Assembly: GCA_903813345.2 (NCBI GenBank)
Contig: CAIIXF020000001.1
Coordinates: 10,974,001 to 11,038,000 of the forward strand
DNA from: Owenia fusiformis
Taxonomy: Eukaryota
Direction: 5' to 3'
DNA length: 64,000 bases
This document shows positions 28,401 to 41,961 of the stretch, in pieces; position 1 is the first letter of the stretch, and each line of letters starts with the position of its first letter. Position numbers and translations under genes: made by a program. A model generated the notes under the pieces. That model saw only the letters and a program-made list of their open reading frames with translations, made no database searches and was not told where the DNA came from.

Positions 28401-29464
28401 TGTTAACATTTTTCATTCAGTTTAAAATATACATATTTTTTATTTTATATATATGTATGACATTTTAGATCAGTTGGTATAATTGATTGCTGCATTATCT
28501 GCAAAAATATTATTGAAATCCATCCATTATCAAAAAATAATAGCAAAATAATAAATAAGGACACTCTTTTGGCATATCCTGTATATTTGTGTATGTTCCC
28601 TTGATCTGCTCAGTTGCTAATTGGAGAGAACATAACAATTCATGTTGGTGCAATTAATTTATTTTAATATAGAATAATAATTCATATCAATGGCATATCC
28701 TGTATTTTTGTACAAATCATTCCTACATTTTTAGATCACTGATATAGCATAGCTTAAATCCTATCAGAAGAAAACACTTTCATTGGTATTTTTCCCCATG
28801 ACTTGTTTGATTATTTCTTAATAATTTTACTGTCTCGGGATATCAGCATCCTATCATGATGATATTGTAGACACTATACTTGACCATGAGGGACCATTTT
28901 ATGAGAACACTCAATAACACACATAACACTTGGCTGCAACATTTTTATCATGCTTTATATTTGGATAACAAAGTAGAAATGTTAATATAAAAACAGGTTC
29001 ATCCGGTGTTATGACATTGTTTATATACATAGGTTAGTTTATCAGTTATCCCAACCTACTGAATAAGAAGATTGAAATAACCCTGTAGCAATACTCAATG
29101 GAATCGTGTCTGCTCTTACATTCAACTTTGTATGTTTTGAGCTTTGAATAATACATTTCTCATGTTTATATTCGCCTTATCTTTGTCTAGCAAAGGAGCC
29201 ACTTACAAAAGGTTTGATGTAAGGAAAGTGTTTCTGTCATTTTGCTTTGTGATTTGGGTCTGTTATTCTCGTGAGATGATGATTCCCTTTCCTTTGAACA
29301 TACATTAATTTATCTATTTGGCTAGACATGTTAAGTTGTATTCAATGCTTTACTTTGTAGCCATTGATCATATCAGATACTTCTACTTGAAGGCTCATTC
29401 ATTAATTGGCTTGCTAATGAATGATGTAAATACTAAGAGCTGTTCTAAGCTAATGAATGATTGA

Positions 29465-29928
29465 TTTGTTTGGTTTGTTGATTGAATCAAGGGGCAAGTG
29501 ATATGTTTAATACTTATGCTTTACCAACAATTTATTAAAACAGTATTTCTTACTTGATGACCAGTATCATACCAATATTCATATTTTACTTTTACGTTTA
29601 TGGTAAAGGATAGGTGGGTTTGTTTTGGTTTGTTGATTAAATCAAGGGGCAAGTGATATCTTTAATACTTATGCTTTACCAACAAATAATTAAAACAGTA
29701 TTTCATACTTGATGACCAGTATCATACCAATATCCATATATATATATATTAGTTTATGGTAAAGGATGGTGGGGTTTGTTTAGTTTGTTGATTAAATGAA
29801 GGGGCAAGTGATATGTTCAATACATATGCTTTACCAACAATTTGTAAAAACAGTATTTCATACCTGATGACTAGTATCATACCAAAATCCATACTTTACT
29901 TTTACCTTTATGGTAAGGGATGGTGGGA
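29465..29928. repeat. Tandem repeat, 155-bp unit, 3 copies
   Basis: GGGGCAAGTGATAT at 29491, 29646 and 29801. Confidence 0.95.
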
Positions 29929-32487
29929 TGCAGTTTATGTGGACTTAAATCAGCTATGGTTCTCTCAATGACATGTTGACATTTATGTTCAGTTCAGAAC
30001 ATGGCTGCTACATTATGATCAGATGTTGACCTTGTTGACACTCTAATGGATTCTAAGTATCTTGCTTGTATACTGGTACCCACAGCAATTTGTGATGTCA
30101 GAGTGTAGGAATTATTTTCTTTTTTAGTTGAATGCTCAGCTTGAATGAAATGTCCATGTGGAGTGTAATGTTGGAAACCACTATGTTTTAACATTTGTAT
30201 GTTGTATGTATCATTAAAGCCATGAGATGACTGCAATGCAAATGGGGTCCATCCCCATATCCATTATGATTGTGTTTTGGACTGAAGTTTAATTTTTGAA
30301 CAGATTTTGGCTGTGTGTTTTGTTGTTTACATTGAAATATTAATGGATTTTTGACAGACATACATCTTCTTTTTATATGGTTTTGATTTTGCTTTGCATT
30401 TGTTCCATTTTTTCATTTAACAATTCTGCAAGTTATTTTCTCCATTTTTAATTTTCACTACTGTAATGACTATCACATTTTTTTTAATTAGATTTTCAAA
30501 CACATCTCTTGGATTAACCATTTTTTCTCTTTTAGCCTTTCACAACATATGTGTCTCGGGAATGCTTCTAGCTATTAATACTGATTTGCATTTCATAGTG
30601 ACTGTAGTAATTTTATTTTGCAATTGCAAAGGGACTTTTCTAGGTTAGGCTGATAAGCAATGTCATTTTGTTTGACATGATTGATGCAAATGATATTGGA
30701 GTGGTTCTCCATATAGTCAATTACCTGTCTTTAGCTTCCACGACCATATTTGTATAGTAGGAAATAAGATGAGAAAAGTAATCAAATCCATAATTTAATT
30801 TAAGTGTAGAGAACACATCTTGGTTCATTTGCCACGTGAAAAGCTGATGGAAATGAAATCCCAAGACTTTGAACGAGCAACCTATTGATAAAACATAGTG
30901 AATAGTTTTAAAGAGTTTTCAATAAGTTGTTGAGCGTAGGCAAGGCTGTGGGATCTAATCAAACTAAACATTTATATATGTTTATATCAATGGAATTTTC
31001 AACTATGTCTGCCTTAATAAACATTGTAAAATATCAAGCAAAGCAGGCAAGTACATATTAACTAGTGGGTTCTGTAACAATTATTGGTCTTTATTACCTT
31101 TACCACTTGTGTGTACATATTTTTGAAATATTACATCATTCAAATTATTTATTTACTTTGGAATTGCCTTAGGATGCCATATTATTATACATTGTATCAC
31201 TGATTGGATTATGCTCATTAATGAAATATTAAGCATTGTGATAAATTGGATCACACTTTGGTTTGCTGATGTTAGCCATTTTGTTTTTATTTCGTAAATA
31301 TTTCACGAGATCGATTTTATCAGTTTACTATAAATATCTGTTTGGAGCCTCGGGGTCACATTGTTATGCTTCGGTTGCACAGTTATTGATAAAAGTGGTC
31401 CCAGCTGGTTCATTGTTGATTGCCTGATTCAGAAGAGTGTTCCTCTCTGCATGAGTTGTATGTAAATGATGTTAAAGGATATGAGAGAATATGCAATGAT
31501 CCCATTTAACTAGATTCTTTTGTGTTCTGATACTACAGAATTTAAGGATCGCATCAAAGCTTTGAAAACAATTAAAGCCTGGAAATATTCACATAATAGA
31601 TTCTTTAATCTTCCTACGAGTTTTTCAAAACTGCAACCTTAGCTTTGTGTTCATACAGCATAATATGTTGATTTAAGCTTTATCAATCAATCACTCAGTA
31701 TTGGGTGAAATGCCCAGACACATTTGATTTGGTTGTATGAAATATTGAAAAGCAATGGAATAGATATTGGTTAGGTTACCCTAACCATTGTGTAGCAAAG
31801 CATGTAGAACATGAAATTGTCATGTTTTCCAGAAAAATCAGAATCTTGTCCCATCTGAACTCTACCCTGTGAATGAACCCACAAAGAGGTGATACATACA
31901 TGCCAGATAGAGATATTGTGTACTACTGAAATGTGCCCAAATCTTCTAGCTAATCAGCATTGATTTGGCCTCTATGTATTGTAAAGCCCAGAGATTGCTG
32001 CCACCAACTAACACCATTAGCGTTTCCATAATCCACTTATTCCAAGAGTAACTGCATTATCCCACAGATTCTCTGGCAAAGTGAGGACTGTACGTCAAAG
32101 ATGTCCCAATGATGTCTCAGCTTGTGTTTTAATTTATCTGCTACTTTAGCTAGGACTTTTAGACAGTATATTTGATTAATATTATATTGACTTTGAAATA
32201 GCCAGGGTTCTTAAATAATTTATATAACCACAGGATCCAGCTTTTAAAGTGCATTACATTTTTTTACTTAAAACCAAAAGATAAATGTCTATTGCTTGAA
32301 ATTATTTTACAGTAAAGTAGTGTTTTCTCTTGAGGATTACTTAAGACATTAGATTTTAAGAAATAATGAACATTAAAACGGAAATAATTTATTTTCATTA
32401 AATTATTCTTTGTGGACTTCAGAATATGAATATTGTGTCATTCAGATTATATTTCTCTACTTTATAGGTACTATGAGGTAGGATACC

Positions 32488-32915
32488 TTATTATCCCACC
32501 GAACGAAGTTCGAGGGGGATATAGAAAAGCTGTCCATCTGTCTGTAACCTTTGATAACTCAAATACCAGTTGATCGAGTTGGTTCAAATTCTATATGCTG
32601 ATGCCTAAAGACCAAGATGGCCACTGAATTTCAATATGGCCACCATTTTTCGTAAAAAAACGTAATCATTGATAACTCAAATACCAGTGGATGGATTTGG
32701 TTCCAATTTCATATGCTGATGTTTAGGGAAAAAGGAGATCTGCTTCAGAAGAAATTCCAAAGGCGCTTGCGTTAGCTGAATTTCAAAAGAACTGCAATTT
32801 TTCATAAAAAAAGGTAATCTTTGATAACTCAAATACAGTTGGACGGATTTACCTAAAATTTTATATACACTGTTGCTCATAAATATGGAATATTAGATTT
32901 GGCAGCTCAGAATTC
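32488..32915 (+). mobile_element. 5' part of HINE family B element with core repeats
   Basis: TTATTATCCCACCGAACGAAGTTCGAGGGGGATATAG stem, short GTCT/GTCC run, TTGATAACTCAAATAC recurring at ~32550, 32669 and 32820. Confidence 0.75.
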
Positions 32916-33184
32916 AAGTTTTGGAGTAAGAGAACATTTATTTTGAGTCGGTTCAGATATTTATTTTCTAGGCAAATCGTAATCACATATTTCATCTACA
33001 AATTAACATTTTTTAGATAAAAAATATTCACATTTAAGTTCAGAAAATTACTATTATCAAAACAGGGGTAGGCTAAGAATTTTTGCATTTTCAAAACACC
33101 CAATCCAAATCGTCGTGTAAAACAGATCAAACAAAATAAATATCTGGTCATGAAGATTGAAGTGTCCTCTATCTAATGATAGCA

Positions 33185-33580
33185 CTAATATGCCTTATGT
33201 CCTCTTTGTGCTGCAATCTGAGCATCAACCCTATTGGACCAACATTGAATGAAACATCTGACCTTTCTAAGTGAAATAAGGCCCCATTCTTCAATCTGGG
33301 CAGTGCGTAACGTGTCTAAATTTTGAGGTGGGGGTCCAAGTCACGAATCTCATTACCAAGGTCGTCCCACATTTGCTCTGCATTAGCCTGATTGGCTGAC
33401 TTTTGTGCCCATGGTAGCTGGTCCACATTGCCTGCCCTGATGTAATCCAACACGATGCCAATAGCATATGCAACATCATGATCATTCTGCAGTAGAATGT
33501 TGCCCCAAAACACTTTGTTTACATGTGGTACTTGATGGAGGTCCAAAAGGTCAATTTACTCTGATATTATGTTTAGTTGT
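33185..33580 (-). pseudogene. Decayed C-terminal part of a Tc1/mariner DDE transposase
   Basis: LLQNDH..YAIGIVLDYIRAGNVDQLPWAQKSANQANAEQMWDDLGNEIR aligns to the Tc1 motif FQQDN..H....LPWPxxSPDLNPIEHLWDEL. After a frameshift, EEWGLISLRKVRCFIQCWSNRVDAQIAAQRGHKAY* matches the Tc1 end (EEW..I....SM..R..AVI.A.GG.T.Y*). Catalytic motifs are eroded. Confidence 0.85.
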
Positions 33581-35285
33581 CATTTCACTTTTCGGTTGTG
33601 TGTAATTTTTAATGTGTGCCATTATAAAGCATTTACTTTCACCACAACAATATTCAGTAATTGTATTGAACTATGAAGGGGAGAGAAGCAATCTTTTGTG
33701 AGATGAAGACATTTTCAAAGCATCTTTAAACCAAAAATCACTTTGGATTCAGGGAATTCTGCGATAGTCAATCAATTCTAAATGAAAGCTAATCACATGG
33801 AGACCCTATGGGGTAGAATATTGAAGAAACTAATCTAATCCCCATCTGATCCAACCGTCACAAGCAATTGATGACTTTACTTGAAGATACATCAGAGACA
33901 AAATTCTCAAGTGTGCTACTAAGGGCATTGGTATTGTCCACTAAAGACATTCTCTAAGTGCATGTTTGTCTTGTATTCTCCATGAGTAGACAAGCCTGAT
34001 GAATTACAATCCACATATTATTGCATTACCTAAATGAAATGGCAGTTAGGATTAGTCTACAGTGTACCTACATTAGAGAGCCCCAGCAGGTAACCCAGTG
34101 GGAACCCTACTTAGATCAATGGCTCTGATTAGTGTAAGTGTTCGATTAAAAAATGCCTATGGCAATCAGATAAACCACACAGACAGGACAGAGCTGGCCA
34201 ACTTAAAAGAAAAATACATTACACTTTTCTGATCAGTTTACCATAATCAATTCAACATTATTTGGTATCAGAAGCCAGTATATTTCATTATTGGAATTCC
34301 AGTAAACTAGTTAGGATCTTAAAGGCCCCACATAAAGTAGTAGTCTTACCCAATGTTTTCAAAATGTGATCTGTGAAACTTGTTTATCTTATATGGAAAA
34401 GTTGTTTTTGAACGACTTTTATTTGAGATATTGTTAATTTTTTGACCAAATGAAAATCTACTGCTGAGTTCTATGAGAACTAAATCAGAGGATTGGTTAT
34501 ATTATCATATTATATTATCAGCTAAAATTGAAAAGACACCATTAGGGTTCATTGTGCAAAATGTAATAATCTTTATGTTAACAATGAAATGAATTGGTAT
34601 TTCGTTGTTATTGTTAATGTATCTCATGTCATATTTATTGATGGAAAATGAAACAAGCAATTTATAATGTTACTCTGATATGATTATGTTTTGTCATTTA
34701 AAGCTGTCAATAAACTTGGCTTGGAGCAAATTAATTGGAATGGCACTAGAAATGTTCATCTAAAAAGAAGCATTGCCCTCAAATGTATATATGTTGTAAT
34801 ATTGCGATATTGTCGTTATTTCTAAGATCGAAATGGTTGTTCTATGTGGCATAATAGCAATATCAAATACTTTTCATCAAAAATGGATTTTTCCACCATT
34901 AAAGCATAAACGTCTTAACCTCAGTAGGAAGTTTATGGGGATTATGTCAACGACCTTTGGGTTCTTTTTAAACCTCAATAATAACAATAAAATGGTTATT
35001 TCTGATTCCTTAAAAAGGAATGTAATTTCAAACCCAACTGTTCAATTTCTTCATTGTATCCTGAACCCTCATTACCAAACAATACTAACCTCCCACCATA
35101 TCAGAGGACTTCACTGTTTTAATGTTCTTTTACTGTTCAATTGTCAGTTGTAGCTTTCTAGGCCTTTTATAAAAAATATGACCTGTGAAATGAATGCTAT
35201 CTTTGTTGACTACATACAATTTGAAAATAATTTTGGCTTTGTATAAAAAACCTCCTACCTCATACCCACCTACCCACCTACGTGG

Positions 35286-35667
35286 AACATGATACAGTCA
35301 TTGAAGGGTTCAATTTTAAAGATTATTTAATCTCAAAATAGCTCAAATTATTAACATTTCTACAATTAGGGCTTTATTTTATGACTAGACAGATGACAGA
35401 TCCATAAATAAAAACAAATGGATGCATTTTAATGTGTAATGACCCCAGGGGAATGAATAACTAACGACCACGAGCATAGGTCCAACAAGCCAAAGAAAGA
35501 AATTGAAAGAAATTCGATGCCCCGAGTGGGAATCAAACCCAGCTGGGATGTAGTAACAACTTGCTATCAAGGGTCGTTACAAATGCATCTATAATTCATC
35601 ATAAACTAAAATTTAATAAACTTTAAAAGATCTTTAAAATTGAACCCTTCAAAGACTGTATCATGTT
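35286..35667. mobile_element. MITE with 38-bp TIRs carrying a tRNA/SINE-like fragment
   Basis: AACATGATACAGTCATTGAAGGGTTCAATTTTAAAGAT (35286-35323) versus 35630-35667, one mismatch. Inner inverted repeat GATGCATTT..GTAAYGACCC. Minus-strand GGGTTTGATTCCCACTCGGGGCA (B-box like) near 35519-35541. Confidence 0.85.
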
Positions 35668-35841
35668 AACCCCCTGGCCAAGAATTCTTTCAAAATCGTG
35701 CAGTTTTTCACCATTCTGAACACTTTTCAAATGATTTTGATTTTGGCCAATTTTGGCCAAAATTGTTAAAAGTGAACCCCCCTGGAATTTTTAAAACGTG
35801 CCCCCCCCCCCCCCTCTTAGCAAAAGCTGGCTACAGGTCTG
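35668..35841. mobile_element. One end of a CAG-terminated, poly-C-containing MITE
   Basis: Poly-C followed by GCAAAAGCTGGCTACAGGTCTG, a terminus type common in invertebrate MITEs; partner end not seen. Confidence 0.45.
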
Positions 35842-36658
35842 TACTTTTTGGGATGAATTAACTGTTTTCTTCATCTTATATGTATATTTGCAACTGTATT
35901 AATGGAAGTGTTAAGTCTTAAGTCTAATTGACTCTATGTTTCACTTTTGATTGATATTTATGGATTTTAGGATATTATGATTCTATTTTACTCTTAAGAA
36001 GGAAATATGAAGAAATGTCTGATTGACTCTTTCATTTATTTCCGATGGATATTTATGAATTCGACTCTATCTCAGGAAATATGAGGGAACTATGATGTTT
36101 TCATTTTGATGGATATTTATGACTTTTAGGAAATTATAAGTAAATCATTTTGATATTCATCTATTTTGATTGTTGGATCTTATTGATTGTCACTTGAAAT
36201 TATATTTTAAACTCATCCCTTGAGCTTTCTGATTGATAAAAAAAATCTGACAGAAAATAAGCAATAAGACACTTATATTTAATAAGGCTTTTTGACTTAT
36301 AATAGAGCTGCATTAGAAAGCAGCTCATTGAGCATCGTTATTATCAGGGAATGAATCGTCTGCAAGAAAGCTATTTAAAAATGGATCATTAAATAATGTA
36401 TGGATCTTTATATGATATGTTAAATTGCCAATGGGCTTTGAGAAATAATTGCATATAAAGATCAACTTATTTTCAGATAATGAGAATATTTATATTAAAT
36501 TGCAATTAATTGATCAATCTGCAAGAGCCCTTTAAGACATCTGCATTCTGATTATGATTTTATATGTAATTGCCAGACACAGGTAGAATTTTTTTATTTA
36601 CCTTCTATTTTGTATTCTATGAGTATTACATACTGTATGTATTAACATTACATATATA

Positions 36659-36800
36659 TTTAGCTCACATGCGTGTGCTATTGTTATCGGCCTCTTGTCT
36701 GTCTGTTCATCTGTCTGTTCATCTGTCTGTTCATCTGTCTGTTCATCCGTCTGTCTTTCTGTTCATCTGTAAACACATTGATATCTGATTCAAAATCCTC
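36659..36800 (+). mobile_element. 5' fragment of a pearl/CvA-like HINE with (TCTGTCTGTTCA)n repeat
   Basis: TTTAGCTCACATGCGTGTGCTA stem followed by a GTCT-type microsatellite and CTGTAAAC. Confidence 0.6.
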
Positions 36801-38931
36801 CATGTTATTGTTAAGGACTCTGTAAGGTCTTCCCAGGTCTCCAGAGGACTCAAAATTATGAAAAAGACCTGTCAAAACACATTTTAGGGTACTTTCATTT
36901 TAGACTATTGATTCCTGAATAGGCTTTCAATATCAAAGTGTTGTTTTTATATTTTTATGGATGTTTCATTATATTTGCCCTTGATTGTAACATTGGATTA
37001 TTTTTTTCTGACACCCAGAAAACAGTTAATTTTTCTTGTAGGGTGGTAAATACATCTCACAAATGTCATAAATAATCTCGTAAAGGTACATCATAACAGG
37101 TGCTTTGAGTGGCTGCATGTTTTAAGACACAACATATCTGTATCAGGTGTTATCCAAATTCTAAACTGGTAAGTAAATCTTATTGCAATGCTAATGCTTA
37201 TTAAATAATAAGTTATCTGGACTCAGGAAGACTGTGGTGAATGCTTGCCATGCATCAACAAACTGGCAGCTCGTACTACATGTATCATATTTGGCTCCAT
37301 ACTAAATGTTTAAATGTGTCGATGAGTTATTCCCTCAGATCTTTAATCAACTAATAAATGCACCTGTGTCATTATAAATTATGTACCTTCATGTTATGAT
37401 AAAGTAAGGTAAAGATCATAATGTAATTATATGTTTTCACCTTGTTTTGCAGTTTATGTTGGGAGGGTATCCTTATATCTGACAGAGTTATCATTAACAG
37501 GTGTATATTGATAGACTTGGTTCATTAAAACACATATTTCTGGTTGAGGTCACACTGCGTTAACATGCCCCCTAAATTCAGCAGTTCACATAGCAGAGGG
37601 CTGCCAGGTAATAGTGTTTTGCAAAATATTTAGAAATACAAGGAACTATTGCATGTATGTACATGGCTCATATTTGGCTGAAATTTTACTCTGTACCAAC
37701 AATCTTGAATGACATCATTAATAACAACATTATTAGATCAATGGGATTTTTGACTTGTTTGAATGTTGCTAATGTGTTTTGTTTCTTTAAGTTCATAGAG
37801 GTTTTCAGAGTTGGCTCTGACATCATTTATTTTTGGAGATTTTGTAACACATATTTTCCTGGCTCCAATATTGCCCTTTACAGTTGTATATTGTAAATTG
37901 TAAGATGAATAAGTAAAACAGTTCTGTCTGTTACTGTGATTATGGCTTGGGAGCATATACTCAATTATTTTACCATTTAACCAAGTGCCAATACTGTATA
38001 CTGTTTAAACTAGTTAATTTAAAAACGGAAATAGGGTTAATCAAATAAAAAATATAAAAAATATCATTGGGAACTGGCAATAAATCTATAAAATAAAATG
38101 AAACATTCATGAAATATTTGAAATGTGATACAAGAATACAGGACTTTAGTTTCTCCTGGTAATGAACAATCGGAAAACCAATAATAAAGTGTCGCTATTG
38201 TTATCCTACAATTGTTTTTTCTCTCATTGACAGGTGAGCCAATCAATAATATAAAAATACAATTATCTTAGCAGCTATAAAATAATGATCTATTTCTGTT
38301 TGTCTGAACCAAAATAGTCTACGATTTGATTAAAAAGTACCTTGTCAAGTTTCTTTATCCATTTGCAAATTTCCAAAAACAAGCCATTGACCAAGATGAC
38401 CTGATATTAGAGAGAAAGTCCAAAAATGAAACATTCTCATAAAACCTGTCAATCAAAATTCAATTCCTGGTCAAATTTCAATATGCCAAATAAAGTGTTA
38501 TTTTGATAAGCAACTTTAATTGTTGATTCCAGCTCACGTGTATATCACTGAAATGCACGAACATTTTTGCATTAATTTGTCAAATGATTTGCTGACGAAG
38601 GTAATACCTAAAATATTAATTGTTATCAGGTCTTGAAATTACTTCAATTCACAATAAAAAATAATAGTATATAACAACATCATGGGGTTTCGTTTCATAA
38701 TTTTGAAGGGATATGTACAATGCACATGTTCAGCCTAAATCAGACATTGTGCAAAAATACCCAAAGTATTAGCACAATAGCACATGAAAGCTTAAGAAGT
38801 AATTAGCACTGTATTATCTATTCTAGCTGGAGCTAGACTTCACAGGAAACTGCACAGCATTTGATTGGAGCCCATTGGTGTTAAGTTAGAAAGTCTGTAA
38901 ATGTTCTTTTAAAGTTTCAGTATCCTAATAG

Positions 38932-39105
38932 TACTGTACTCCTGGTAAATTTCGACGCTATAAAATTTCGCGATTTTTCAAAATTGCAATTTCAACGCTA
39001 TAAAATTTCGCGGATTTAAGTTGATGACATAAATGTTCGCGATCTTACTACATTAGCGAACAAAGCGAAATTAAATCGTACGCGAACAATACCCGGAGTA
39101 CAGTA
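38932..39105. mobile_element. TA-flanked MITE (TACTGTACTCC...GGAGTACAGTA)
   Basis: 16-bp TIR with one mismatch; internal repeats of ACGCTATAAAATTTCGCG; CpG-rich. Confidence 0.9.
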
Positions 39106-39897
39106 TTTGTACATGTAGAGTAAAACCTTTGGTACCTCTAAGTGTTCTACTTTGGAGGTGTTCCACTTATAGAGGTTCCACTTTACATGTCTCATTGTAT
39201 ATACTCAGTCTGTTCACGTGGTCACTATTTGAAACACTGAAATTCTGTCTCAAGTCTGCTATTAGTGTGGTTCACATAACTTACAAACACCTTTACTTAG
39301 CACATATAACAACATGGATCTGTTCTATTGGCACCATATCTATTGCCTAAAGATATATAAAAATACATAAACCCTCCAAAAATACATATACCCCCTCTTG
39401 GTAAGAGAGGGTCATTAGTAGATCCTAGTATAAGGGGCCCTAACTGTGAATCAGTAACCTGTGTGAGTGTACATGTATATTGATAGATTCGAACAGTGTT
39501 GTTTATTGAGAGCAAAAGACATCAGGGGATACCATGAACAATCAAAACCTATTACCTGATTAATTGAAATATCATCGACAATACGGCATAATTGAGTTCT
39601 CCCTGAAGTATCAGTTGATAAGAGTAGAAGTAATAGTTTTCCAAAATAAACTAGTAATGGGAGCACAACTAAGCACATTTTACAAAATATATATGTATAA
39701 TTTATTTTATATTCATATTGACGACTTGTACATGCATGTTTCTTATCGTTCATCAGTAACAATAATGATAATCATCATAAATTGATTGATTTATCAGTTA
39801 TGCCTGTCCAAGAACTGTAGATCTGTCTGAATATAACAGCAGCAGTGTGTTCCACTGGTTAATTGTTCAAAATATTACTGAATATTTTATTAATCAT

Positions 39898-40340
39898 TTG
39901 GTATTAGTTGTAATGTCCAGCCATCGACATTAATGATGCATTATGAATGGTATTGCACAGGCATCAATACATTTAATGATGTGGTATTAGTTGTAGTGTC
40001 CAGGCATTGATAATGATTTGGTATAAGTGGTATTGCACAGGCATTGATACCTACCATGATGTAGTATCAGCAGTAGTTTCCAGGCATTGATAATGATTTG
40101 GTATAAGTGGTATTGCACAGGCATCAATACATTTAATGATGTGGTATTAGTTGTAGTGTCCAGGCATTGATAATGATTTGGTATAAGTGGTATTGCACAG
40201 GCATTGATACCTATAATGATGTGGTATCAGGGGTAGTGTCCAGGCATTGATACAAATTAGTGATGTGGTATAAGTGGTATTACCTATGCCATATACCTAT
40301 TAATAATGTGGAATCAGTGATAGTGACTGGCATTCAATAT
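39898..40340. repeat. Hierarchical minisatellite (~40/80/160-bp periodicity)
   Basis: TATTGCACAGGCAT at 39951, 40031, 40111 and 40191; variants alternate with period 160. Confidence 0.9.
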
Positions 40341-41596
40341 CTTAATAATGTGATCTAGTGTCAACCTCTTCCCAGACAATTCACCTCATTCTATCCACAT
40401 CCTCGTCTCATTCCCATTGCATGCAACATGTAATTGCAGTTGCATCCTGTACTAACTGCTATAAATAATCAGTATATCAGTGCGTACAGGTACCACAATT
40501 GATGACTAGACAATGTAGGATTGTCAATGCACAATTCAATGCCATTCTTAGTTGTTCTTTGGACAACCATCTTGTTTCATGTACATTGTTACCCAGTCGC
40601 ACTGCAGATGGGATGGCCTGAGAAATTTGAGCAGGCTCAAAATTCCAGAGCGCTTTCCTGTTGGAGCATGACCATGAACTTTGTCAAAAGACCTAAAAGT
40701 TCCAAAAACCTCCAGTATGTTTCCAAACAGTTTTATCCCATTTGGCAACATCTTCAGGAACCTAATGAGAACTTAGTTTTTGGGACTGAGGTGTTAAGTC
40801 TTGACGAGTGATATGTTAAAGCTACTGTTTTCACCATTTCACTGTTTTCTAACTGCGAATTAATTATATGGAATGTTTTTATACCTGAACATCATCTGTT
40901 ATGTAATTTCGCACAGATTGACAATCAGAACAAAACAAATTGCAACTAACAGCTATACGGGGTAGTGTGAACTTGGGACTAATGAACCATAGTTGATTTT
41001 ATTGTGCAGATCTTCTGCAACGCGATACATCCTGTAAGGAGATTAATTCACACCCTCTCAAGTGTTCATAAAACATAGGACATCACTCTTGTTCTAAATA
41101 GAGTTGAAATATGGCAGAAAACTATATAGATCAATCAGTCCATTTCAATGAGATTTTCCTATGGAGGTAATTGGATATATGTTGAGGGAAGTTAATGCCA
41201 ATGAGAAATGATTGAAGAAGCTGAATCGATTAGGATTATAGCCTAAACAATCTATACTATGGCACGACCTGAGTTACTTATCTCATTCTATTAAATGTTA
41301 TTATGTGACGTTTTTCTGGTCTTAAATATTGTTATTCTTTACCTATTGTATTGAGATCCTATTGCTGGGATCAATGACAATTTGGTAAACGCCCACTTTA
41401 AGGACACAACCACATTGGTCCTCGTTGTCTAACACGTGCCTGGGTAAATGATTTTGTAACTTTCAATGAACTTCTAAAGGTCAAAAAGGTATTTTTTCAA
41501 CTTGCTTCAAATTGACCATTTTTTCAAAATCATCTACAAGTTATAAGAAGTTCAAATCTAACTTTAGATTTAGATTTGACCTTCATTTTACGATTA

Positions 41597-41961
41597 CGTT
41601 ATTTTACGATTTTTGCTGTAACTCGAAAAATAGTGGAGCGATTTTGTTCATATTTGGTATGTGAATACTATAAAAATGGCACACTGTCTAATGACACTTT
41701 TGGTAGAAGGCGGCTATTTTGAAAATGGCCACCATTTTGAAAAATGGCTGCCATTTTAACATATTTTACTATAACTCGAAAAGTAGTGGAGCGATTTTGT
41801 TCATATTTGGTATGTGAATACTATAAGCATGGCACACTGGCTAATGTCACTTTTGGTAGAAGGTGGCCATTTTTGCTATATACATGTACTTTGTTTGTAA
41901 AAATGCCAGCCATGGCTGTTCGATGGGATTTGCTACGCTTTGGCGTTGCTGTTGTCTAGTT
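41597..41961 (+). mobile_element. 3' part of HINE family B element
   Basis: Close match to 50885-51244, including subTIR GTTCGATGGGAT and hairpin GCTACG..CGTTGC, ending CTAGTT. Confidence 0.85.

Noticed and set aside
39898..40340. CRISPR-like array
   Set aside because: There are no unique spacers, the whole unit repeats, the context is eukaryotic and no cas genes are present. The same applies to 51252-51700.
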